DNA of 64,000 bases, taken from assembly GCF_030684315.1 (NCBI RefSeq), contig NC_081367.1, positions 52,801,351 to 52,865,350 of the forward strand. The letters are read 5' to 3'. Positions 53,437 to 64,000 of this stretch are shown here, piece by piece. This DNA is from Stegostoma tigrinum (Eukaryota). The notes under the pieces are model-generated. The model saw nothing but the letters and a program-made list of their open reading frames with translations. It made no database searches and had not been told where the DNA came from. The position numbers and the translations under genes are program-made. Within the stretch, counting starts at the first letter, position 1, and each line of letters starts with the position of its first letter.

Positions 53437-54381
53437 ATAAAATGTGAGGCTGGATGAACACCCTCCAACCCCACCACACCCGGCACCTTCCCCTGCAACC
53501 GCAGGAAATGCTACACTTGTCCCCACACCTCCTCCCTCACCCCCATCCCAGGCCCCAAGATGACATTCCACATTAAGCAGAGGTTCACCTGCACATCTGC
53601 CAATGTGGCATACTGCATCCACTGTACCCGGTGCGGCTTTCTCTACATTGGGGAAACCAAGCGGAGGCTTGGGGACCGCTTTGCAGAACACCTCCGCTCA
53701 GTTCGCAACAAACAACTGCACCTCCCAGTCGCAAACCATTTCCACTCCCCCTCCCATTCTCTTGATGACATGTCCATCATGGGCCTCCTGCACTGCCACA
53801 ATGATGCCACCCGAAGGTTGCAGGAACAGCAACTCATATTCCGCCTGGGAACCCTGCAGCCATATGGTATCAATGTGGACTTCACCAGTTTCAAAATCTC
53901 CCCTTCCCCCACTGCATCCCTAAACCAGCCCAGTTCATCCCCTCCCCCCACTGCACCACACAACCAGCCCAGCTCTTCCCCCCCACCCACTGCATCCCAA
54001 AACCAGTCCAACCTGTCTCTGCCTCCCTAACCGGTTCTTCCTCTCACCCATCCCTTCCTCCCACCCCCAGCCGCACCCCCAGCTACCTACTAACCTCATC
54101 CCACCTCCTTGACCTGTCCGTCTTCCCTGGACTGACCTATCCCCTCCCTACCTCCCCACCTACACCCTCTCCACCTATCTTCTTTGCTCTCCATCTTCGG
54201 CCCGCCTCCCCCTCTCTCCCTATTTATTCCAGTTCCCTCCCCCCATCCCCCTCTCTGATGAAGGGTCTAGGCCCGAAACGTCAGCTTTTGTGCTCCTGAG
54301 ATGCTGCTTGGCCTGCTGTGTTCATCCAGCCTCACATTTTATCATCTTGGAATCTCCAGCATCTGCAGTTCCCATTATCTC
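53437..54381 (+). mobile_element. Penelope-like element (Neptune type), 5'-truncated, with short inverted pLTR piece
   Basis: GIY-YIG segment NVAYCIHCTRCGFLYIGETKRRLGDRFAEH; pyrimidine-rich 3' UTR; hammerhead motif; inverted terminal piece 53437-53460; TSD CAGATAATCCTTATG at 53422-53436 and 54381-54395. Confidence 0.93.
54251..54286 (+). ncRNA. Minimal hammerhead ribozyme motif in the PLE pLTR
   Basis: CUGAUGA (54255-54261), A, GGG UCUAGG CCC, GAAA (54275-54278), CG, UC; predicted cut after 54282; palindromic ACGU replaces helix III. Confidence 0.75.
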
Positions 54382-54571
54382 AGATAATCCTTATGTCAGT
54401 TTTACATGTGGTCAACGGGTGAAAATCTGCCCTGGTGTGTCCTTATTTCTTTAGTTTTTGCTTAGGCCTAATTTAATTTCGATGAAGTAAATCTGGGAAA
54501 GGAACATTCTACTCTAGCAGCTTTAAAAAAAATCTAATTCTGTTACCAAACTGATAAATATTTACATATTA

Positions 54572-55939
54572 GAGATAATGGGAACTGCAGATGCTGGAGA
54601 TTCCAAGATAATAAAATGTGAGGCTGGATGAACACAGCAGGCCAAGCAGCATCTCAGGAGCACAATTCCCAATTCCTCCGCCTCTGCCGCAATTCCCAAT
54701 TCCTCCGCCTCCGCCGCATCTGCTCCCACGATAAGACATTCCACTCCCGCACATCCCAGATGTCCAAGTTCTTTAAGGACCGCAACTTTCCCCCCACAGT
54801 GATCGAGAACGCCCTTGACCACGTCTCCCGTATTTCCCGCAACACATCCCTCACACCCCGCCCCCGCCACAACCGCCCTAAGAGGATCCCCCTCGTTCTC
54901 ACACACCACCCTACCAACCTCCGGATACAACGCATTATCCTCCGACACTTCTGCCATTTACAATCCGACCCCACCACCCAAGACATTTTTCCATCCCCTC
55001 CCCTGTCTGCTTTCCGGAGAGACCACTCTCTCCGTGACTCCCTTGTTCGCTTCACACTGCCCTCCAACCCCACCACACCCGGCACCTTCCCCTGCAACCG
55101 CAGGAAATGCTACACTTGTCCCCACACCTCCTCCCTCACCCCCATCCCAGGCCCCAAGATGACATTCCACATTAAGCAGAGGTTCACCTGCACATCTGCC
55201 AATGTGGTATACTGCATCCACTGTACCCGGTGCGGCTTCCTCTACATTGGGGAAACCAAGCGGAGGCTTGGGGACCGCTTTGCAGAACACCTCCGCTCAG
55301 TTCGCAACAAACAACTGCACCTCCCAGTCGCAAACCATTTCCACTCCCCCTCCCATTCTCTTGATGACATGTCCATCATGGGCCTCCTGCACTGCCACAA
55401 TGATGCCACCCGAAGGTTGCAGGAACAGCAACTCATATTCCGCCTGGGAACCCTGCAGCCATATGGTATCAATGTGGACTTCACCAGTTTCAAAATCTCC
55501 CCTTCCCCTACTGCATCCCTAAACCAGCCCAGTTCATCCCCTCCCCCCACTGCACCACACAACCAGCCCAGCTCTTCCCCCCCACCCACTGCATCCCAAT
55601 ACCAGTCCAACCTGTCTCTGCCTCCCTAACCGGTTCTTCCTCTCACCCATCCCTTCCTCCCACCCCAAGCCGCACCCCCAGCTACCTACTAACCTCATCC
55701 CACCTCCTTGACCTGTCCGTCTTCCCTGGACTGACCTATCCCCTCCCTACCTCCCCACCTACACTCTCTCCACCTATCTTCTTTACTCTCCATCTTCGGT
55801 CCGCCTCCCCCTCTCTCCCTATTTATTCCAGTTCCCTCCCCCCATCCCCCTCTCTGATGAAGGGTCTAGGCCCGAAACGTCAGCTTTTGTGCTCCTGAGA
55901 TGCTGCTTGGCCTGCTGTGTTCATCCAGCCTCACATTTT
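54572..55939 (+). mobile_element. Penelope-like element (Neptune type), 5'-truncated, with inverted pLTR+tail
   Basis: ORF 54628-55629 holds the RT C-terminal part (SQFLRLRRICS), a Cys linker (CNRRKCYTC) and GIY-YIG; inverted terminus 54572-54665; TSD AATATTTACATATTA at 54557-54571 and 55940-55954. Confidence 0.95.
55850..55885 (+). ncRNA. Minimal hammerhead ribozyme motif in the PLE pLTR
   Basis: CUGAUGA 55854-55860, helix II GGG/CCC, GAAA 55874-55877, GUC ending at 55881. Confidence 0.75.
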
Positions 55940-57949
55940 AATATTTACATATTATACTTTTTAAAAAAAAGCCCTTCATGAAGTCGATTCCAATGGCTGG
56001 AATTATGTTCTATCAGTAGAGTCACTTGGCTTAGCACTGCATAACCTATTCCATAACGTCATGCCACATGGAAAACTCTAGTCTGTAGGGAGTGGCAAAC
56101 TCGATCAAAAGATGTGCTTTTAATTCTATGCTCCTGAACTGTAACATTTGGAAATAATTTATGTTGCAAATGAGAAATACCAGAAAGGATATTCATAGGT
56201 TGCCATCTGTACTGTAGTGTATGATGTTCAGAGTTAGTTTACGCTAAACCTCCAGAGAACCTACCATCTGGTTAATGAACAGACAAAACACATTTATTAC
56301 TAAAAGGTAGCATACCTTCTTTCAAAGATTTGAAGTTGTTGTTTGAAGCGTTTCTAATAAATAATTGCCATAGCACAACTTTCGCTCAAAAAAATTGATT
56401 TTATTTTGATTTTGCCATTGTAGGTATTAGAAAATCACAACTTAGAAGCACGGCAGCTTTGTGCACACTTTGACACAGAATTTACCCTACTTCTGTGGGT
56501 GTGAATTACCACAAAATGCTAATTAGAAGAAAAGACTTTCTGACTGTTTTGCTGACCATCGGTGGAAGCTGTGCAAAAACTCCACAAAGTTATCAATCTC
56601 ACAGTATAATTCATGGAATTCTATCTGGACTGGCTTCCCACCACAAATACCTTTTCCAAATGTTCCATGGAATGTTTAACTTCCTGTTCTATGCTGGTTA
56701 TCCCTTGTGTTGAATAAATGCTGTTGTTTACTTGGGGGGATGTGTATATCTTTTTGTTAATTATAAAATGCCAAAAGCTATACGTAGCATCCTTGCCAAC
56801 CAGTAAAACAGACTCAGTATGAGGTGGTGCCTTTATTGGGGATTTTTGCCACAAAATAAGCAAAGGAAAAAGAGCCAGCACAAACATATGTAGAAAATAA
56901 TAGTGAGAAGTTGTTTCAACACCATACTGGATGCCACATTTCCCTAGGTTCCTGCTTGGCTTCACTAGTAGCTATTGCAGTACAAGCTTGTGTCCAGTCT
57001 CCTGACATTAGAAGATTTGAAAGTGACAGGCAGGAATCCTGACCAGGCTCAAAACCGTAAGGTAAATTGCCTTTTGGTATTTATTTCTGGGAAGTAGGCT
57101 CTGAAACCAACAACAATGACTGCGGTGAGAACCCCCTTTAACTAATTTTCTTGCCACACTTTTGGGAACAGTTTCATTCAGACTTGTGCCATGTAAAGGC
57201 AATGCAGATGGTCTAAACGCAAAAAACGCAGTTGATTCCTATCAGTTCAGGTGCAGAAAATGTTGTGCAGGTGGAAGACATGAAAAGAGGAAATTTGGCA
57301 CCAGCATGTGCTGAAAACAGAACAGCGGAGGTGTTTTCATAGAATCAAATGGCACTGGAGGAAGCAATTTAATCTGTGTAGATTCTGTCACATAATTCTG
57401 TCACATAAAGGATGGTAAGATCAGCAAGATTACTGAGAATGCAAACCTTACCTCAGAATCAGGCCTTTCCTTTTGTTGTAGAGTATGGTGCTTATGGTAA
57501 GGGTTTTATTGAATAATTGCCGATTTGCTAGCAGTCAGATTGGGTGCTCAATGACAATGTGCTCAGAATCATTGGCGTCTCTGAGGTGAGGCAAGAGTCA
57601 ACACAAATATATTCAATCTGAATGTGAAAGAACATGGACCAGATAGCGGGAAGGAGTGGCAATCAGGCTCCGGCCTTGTGTAAGTATATCCATTAACTTC
57701 AAGGGTACAGATAATTTACTTCTATGAATTTGATGCTACTCCCAAACAAACAATCCTTCCCTTTCCCTGCTGGTAGACTTCTCCTTTGTTCCATCGGCTG
57801 CCTTTTTTATTGTTGTTTCCAACACCATTTACCCCTCACCTGAGAAAACTGATTTAGCAGTCTGGGAATTCTGCCAGTGCTGCTCTGTCATGGGCTTCTC
57901 TGTTATGCACAAGACGTCCATGCAGTGAGTAGCTCAATGTTGACTTCAA

Positions 57950-60311
57950 ACTGCTTACAACTGGAGGTCTTCTCAATCCACTGAATGGACTGCATGGCAT
58001 CCTCTGACAAGGTAAAGGGTGAGGGGTCTGCTTCCTGATCAACACTTCTTGGTGCTCAGATGTGATGACCCTGGTGAGTTACTAGTCCCCTAGAACGGTG
58101 AAGTGCTTTCCCTATTACCTGCTGTTGGGAGTTTACTCCGGCTATCCTGACAGCAGTTTACATCTCACCCTGAAAAGTTAAGAGTGCACTTGCTGAAATG
58201 CACACCCCCACACATAGATGAGATGGATTACCCTGAAGCCTTGTTTATTGTTGATGATTTCAACCAGGCCAATGTCAAGAGTGTGCTACCAAGATACCAC
58301 CATGTCTCCTGTCCCACCAGAGGCTCAGATGACCATTGCTACACAACCAAAGATGCCCACAATGCTGGTCTAAGGTAATGGACGAGCTTGGGGTCAGTGG
58401 ACTGCTCTATAATCAGGAACTCAGTGACCACCCTAGACCTACCATCACAGACTGCATCAGTAAGTGCGTAGAAGACTGTGTTCCAAAGAAGTTAATCTGA
58501 ATGTTCCCCAACTGGAAACAATGGATGAATCAAAAGATCCATTCCTTATTGAAGTCCAGGTTCTCAGGCATTCAAGTCAGGTGACCCTGACCTATAAAGG
58601 AAATCTAGGTATAATTTTCGTAAAAACATCAGGGAGGCTAAGAGCCAAGACCAGACTAAGCTAGAGTCCCAGACCACCTATACGAGCACATGTTGACTGT
58701 GGCAAGGCTTATATAACATATAGGGCTACAAAGGCAATAACGCATCCCTCCCTCTCATTTTGAACAAGTCAGTGAACTGATGTCACCTCCCCCGACAACC
58801 TTGGGTGTACCTGTACTCATGATCACGGCTGCAGATGTTAGATCAGCCTTCTGGAGAGTCAACCCACGGAAAGCAACTGGCCCAGACAGAGTGCCCAGCC
58901 ATACACTCAGATCCTGTGTGGACCAACTGGTAGGAATATCTGCAGACTTCTTTAACCTCTTTTTGCTACAATGGGATGTTCCCACCTGCTGTTAACACCC
59001 CAAAGTGCCAAATAAAAATCTGATAGCATGCCTTGATGACTACCGCTCTGGTGGCTCTGTCATCCATCATTATGAAGTGCTTTGAGAGGTTAGTAATGGA
59101 ACACATCAACTCCAGCCTCCCAGACTGCCTTGATCTGCTACAATTAGCCTACTGTCACAATAGGTCCACTGCATATGCCATCTCCCTGATCCTATATTCA
59201 TCCACAGAACATCTGAATAACAAAGATACCTATGTTACACTCATTTATTGACTTTAGCTTCACCTTCAACACCATAAGTCCAACAAAACTCATCACTAAA
59301 CTCCAAGACCTGGGACTCTGCTCCCCTACTCTGCTCCCACTGGATCCTTGACTTCCTGACCTGCAGACCGCAATCAGTAAATATAGGCGACAACACCCCC
59401 TCTGCAATAATCCTCACCACTGGTGCTCTGCAAGGCTACATGCTCAGCCCCTTTTACTATGCTCCTTATACACTCATGGCAAAGCCAAATTCAGCTCGAA
59501 CTCCATTTACAAATTTGCTGGTGATACCAACATAGTGGGTCAGATCTCAAACAATTACAAGACAGAGTACAGAAAAAGGTTAAGACAACTTAGTAGCATG
59601 GTATAAAGACAACAATATCTCCCTCAATGTCAGCAAAATAAAGGAGCTGATCAACGATTTCAGGAAATCACCAAGCATTGCTCATCTCTCACAAACTATT
59701 GCAGTAAATATCACCAACGATCTAACCTGGTCCATCCACATCGACGCTACAGTCAAGAAAGTACACCAGTGTCTCTACTTCCTCGAAGGCTTTTTAAGGA
59801 AATTTGAAATATCCACATGGACTGACCAATTTTATTGACGCACCATAGAAAGCATCCTATCCGGATGCATTGCAGCTTGGTATTTCAACTGCTCTACTCA
59901 AGACCACAAGAAATTACAGAGAGTTGTGAATGCAGCCTAGTCCATCTCAAAAACCAGCCTTCCATCTGTTGACACTGTCTACACTTCCTGCTGCCTCGGG
60001 AAAGCAGCCAACATAATCAAAGACCCTCCCGGTCTGCGTATACTCTCTTCCACTCCCTTTCATGAGGCAGAAGATACAAAAGTTTGAAAATACATAGCGC
60101 TTCTTCCCTACCGTTATCTGACTAATGAACAGACCTCTCATATTTTAGATTTGATCTTTCCCTGGACCTTCTCTGTAGCTGTAACACTATATTCTGCATT
60201 CTGTTCTATTATCGATGTTCTTCCGTAAGATATAGTTTGCTTGGTTAGCACACAGTACAATGCTTTTCACTGTATCTTGGCACATGTGACAATAATTAGT
60301 CAAATCAAATC
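57950..60311 (+). mobile_element. Rex1/Babar LINE, decayed
   Basis: IVDDFNQAN, VNPRKATGPDRVP..LRSCVDQL, VALSSIIMKCFERLV; TCAAATCAAATC tail. Confidence 0.88.
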
Positions 60312-61559
60312 AGCTTAAAATTTCCCTCCCTCCCTGTGGGGAAGCAACTTCATTCAGCACCCTCGTTAAATTACAGACGCATACCTGTGTTCTAGCACGC
60401 CTTTACTGTATGCTGGCGTGTGAAATAATAGTGTATGTCATGTTCACTGGAATAATCTGAGATGCATTTGATAGATTCATTGCCACCAATTTTGTCCTTT
60501 GAATTAGTGTAAGCTGCTGATATCAAATGGGGAAGGATGCCCGTTCAAAGTCTTTGGTAGAAGATATGCTCAATCTTAATTGGTCATAATGGTTAAGGTT
60601 AGGGTTAGTCCTTGTGAGAGGCAGCTTGTTGATACATCGCAAAGTTGAAAAAAGTTGCAAATCACCAAGCATTGCTCATCTCTCACAAACTATTGAATCC
60701 ACAACTGCAAATAGCCTCGAACATTGAGGATACTTGAACTATGATGATCAGAACTTTAGCCATGGGAAGCACCACGTGAGATCTGTGAGCACATAATCTG
60801 TGGGGAATGTCAGAAAGATGACAAAGGCTTGGTGAAGAAGCTCCTCACCCCCCAATCCATCATAGTGAAGTCCTATGTTATGCCCTCATACACAGTGAAA
60901 TGGAGGTTTTCCAAGGAGGTCATTTTCACCCCTCCATAAAGGAGCTGAGAGATATGTGACATTACAGAATCATCCTTTACACAAGCAAAGTCTTAATGTT
61001 ACCTTGGGAGTAGAATTCTGTTAGTAAGCCACTGGTAAAAACCAATACAAGCCACAGAACTGGCAGCCTGGAACTGAACACTGAAGCCTAGCTTTAAAAA
61101 GCAATGTGACCTACATAGAGGCTAACAACCTGCATGTCAACGTTGAAGTCAGTGAGTGTGCACAAGACTACAACATGAGTTCAATCAAGGCAGAGTTCAA
61201 TCTCCAAATTAGCATCAAATGACATGGTGTGTGAGTGAGTGTGTTCCTGCATACTAAGCACATTGTCTTCAACATGCAAATCAGTCTCTGATCTCCACAG
61301 TAAAGTATTGAAGGTTGAAGTGGTGTTGGAGTTGGTCTGAAAGCAGGCACGATGATGTTGAGAGGCCAGTGGCTTGCCAATGCCAATGAACAAAGAACTC
61401 AGGAGGATGGTGGCCATCAACCAGGCATGGCAATTGTAAGAACCATGTCAGTTTATCTTCGTGACTTTAAAAACTATAGACTGCAAGGACAAATAAAAAA
61501 TGGAGACTTACCAGGGTGCTGCATAACCCACAGTATGGAATCCCATAGATAAGAGTTCA

Positions 61560-62385
61560 CAATCTCTGTTGAATTCCTTGCTGTGAATTACGCAGCCACC
61601 CTGGTAACAGAAACAGGCAGAGAGAGAAAGATATAGAAAGGTATTCCCAGCAGAAGCTGCCTATTCTCCGCAGTTACAAAAAACCTCAGTTTAAACTGAA
61701 GAAAACTAGTTAACCTTCCCGCAGCAATTGCTGTGAGCTGTAACTTTTAAATTGATAAATCAGAGACATTTTTCAATCAAAAAAGTTGCTCTATATTTCT
61801 TACAAACCAATAGTAGCTTTCAGAGAAAGACATCATGAACATCAATGGTCTGGCCGGCCAAGGTAGGACTTGGCTCAACACTGGAACCAGAAAACAAATC
61901 ATTCATGAGATAACGAGGTGTAGAGCTGGATGTACACAGCAGGCCAAACAGCATCAGAGGAGCAGGAAAGCTGACGTTTCAGGCCTCGACCCTTCTTTTC
62001 TGAAGTTCCTACTATCTCTGAAACAAATCATTCAACTGACTTTCCAGTTTTTTTTTCCCACTGATAATTTATTCTGCCCATTTGTATATCTGTGTAATTG
62101 TGTGTGTGTGTGTATGTGTATGGAGGAGTTTATAATAGAATTAGTGTTTTAGTTAGTAGTGTTAAATGCCAATGGCTTATATCTGATTACCTGTAGCTAT
62201 AGCCTAATTACATGCCAGTGGTAATTCTGGTTTAGTACGGAAACATGGCCATGTTTTCTATCAACCTTGGTCTGAAAGTCAGGTAAAATGGGATAATTTG
62301 CGCACCTTAAAAAAATTTTTACATTGGGGTACGACTGCAATTTACGTTACACTACACCCAGACAGTAGTGGCAGCGATGTACTAA
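61560..62385 (+). mobile_element. Possible degenerate LTR (interrupted by the PLE mini-element)
   Basis: LTR-like composition followed by PBS-like TGGCAGCG near 62368; no second LTR recognised. Confidence 0.3.
61906..62020 (-). mobile_element. PLE mini-element (inverted pLTR plus forward tail end)
   Basis: TSD AAACAAATCATTCA at 61892-61905 and 62021-62034. Confidence 0.85.
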
Positions 62386-63284
62386 AGGCAAATTAGGGTG
62401 ACACCAGGATAAGTAATCTGCAAGCTGCAGCTGCAAGGGACCTGCTCTGACTTAAACGTCAGGAATTTGCAACATCAAATTTCTCAGAAAGACAGGAGAA
62501 TTGGATAAGGCATGTAAAGAAGGTGAGTTAGGGTGTTAATGAGACGCAAATGGAAATAAGGTTTTCGTCACTCAATAGCAGGTTCTGACGTGGTCATTAA
62601 TGGCTTAAGGGGAAAAAAAAAGCACAAAAGTTCCAGATGTCGAGATGCTGATCTTTTCATTCTCACTCTGTTGACCAATCTCTGGCCATTGCTCATGTCA
62701 CAACAGGTTGGGAAAAATTCCACCCTTAGTGTTGTGACTTCATGGCATTGAATCAAATCTATGTTACAGCTGATCTACAAAGCTCCAATATTCTTCTTCC
62801 TACCGCTTTTGACACATTTTTACATTTAATTAATGCCTTAAAATATTCCCAATATGCTTTTTAGAATGCAAACTGAATTTGGAATTAGACAAATAAATTG
62901 TTTTTAAAAACAAGGCAGTCAAAAACATAAATTTGATGAAGTATTCTCATAAGATGATGTTAAAGTTACACTACATGATATATCATGTTAGGAATAAGTT
63001 GAAACTTCAATAATTAAAACAGGAGTCTAAGTAACACATGCCTTTATCACATGATGTAAGCAATGTCACTTCTTGTGAAATACTGTGTACAGATGCATGG
63101 AATGAGAAATGTTATAATATCAGGAGTTCATGAAGTGGTAAGACATAGTTTTTCCAGTGTTTTTATCAAGTTATGAACCATCCCACTGTCTGTGAAAGGA
63201 TTGGAGATGTATTATGTTTAATGTGTGTTGCTTTCTCTTGAAGACAGGGCTGATAATTACCAAGGTAAATAAAACACATAGCAG

Positions 63285-63372
63285 GAAGGGTCTAGGCCCG
63301 AAACGTCAGCTTTTGTGCTCCTGAGATGCTGCTTGGCCTGCTGTGTTCATCCAGCTTCACACTTTATTATCT
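63285..63372 (+). mobile_element. Solo PLE pLTR fragment
   Basis: GAAGGGTCTAGGCCCGAAACGTCAGC...CACTTTATTATCT, nearly identical to the young pLTR. Confidence 0.85.
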
Positions 63373-64000
63373 AGCATACTCACAACTGCTTGTGGTTAAC
63401 AGAACATGAAGCTAGGGATCAAGTTAATGATCAGTCTTCCCAATTAAAGCAAAGGCAAATGCCACAGAAAATGGGACTTAAAATAGGGCAATACATGTTT
63501 CAAACTGCAAAAACTTCAGTGTAAAATTATCACAGTAAATGTGCCTGGGAATAAGTCACAAAGCAACAATCTCAAGGGTATCACTAGAAGCCAATGGTCT
63601 CATTGTTTTGTCTGAAAGTAATGCAGGTGTTGAGGAAGAGTAAGGAGAAACTTTTTATTACAATAGTACATCCAGCTTAGCTTTGCTACCTTTCTGTTTC
63701 AGTTTCATTCAAAACTCTCCATTAAAAGATGATCAATATTCAGTTTAAGTGTTGTTCAAAAAATTCCTTTATCAGTTTTAATGCCAAATGCTTACCTCGC
63801 CTGTCTGACTTAGTAACTTGGACTGAATCAACTAGGGTCAACGCAGAGTGCTAGAATATAATAGACTTTGCCAATCAACATGAATTCCTATACCAGAGCT
63901 GAAAATATTTATTCAGGGATTGTGTTGCTCAAACCCAAGAGACAGGAAAAAAGTTTATCCTGCTTCTTTCCTATTTCACTGCTGCTCCGGAATTGATTAA

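Noticed and set aside
53422-55954. Tandem segmental duplication or LTR pair
   Set aside because: Each copy has its own TSD and different truncation and inversion points.
60591-60608. Telomere-like GGTTAAGGTTAGGGTTAG
   Set aside because: Only about three imperfect units; compatible with chance.

Overview
Vertebrate genomic DNA, most likely from a cartilaginous fish (shark), judging by HE1/V-SINE-like SINEs and shark-type CR1, Rex1, Deu-SINE and Penelope repeats. The only recognisable host gene is the 5' end of DLG1 (SAP97, L27-containing beta isoform) on the minus strand. It has a CpG-island promoter near 22.15 kb and three coding exons (21114-21132, 20734-20865, 4674-4843), and it continues beyond position 1. 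Directly upstream of the promoter is a ~4.2-kb minisatellite with a 37-bp unit carrying a G-quadruplex motif. The rest of the window is intron or intergenic DNA full of retroelements plus one Tigger/pogo transposon. The most striking system is a young Penelope-like (Neptune-type, GIY-YIG) family. It has at least a dozen insertions carrying minimal hammerhead-ribozyme motifs, a stereotyped asymmetric inverted (hairpin) architecture, 13-17-bp target duplications and tiny non-coding copies. One insertion appears to have made a ~500-bp inverted duplication of host intronic DNA. Coordinates of old repeats are approximate.
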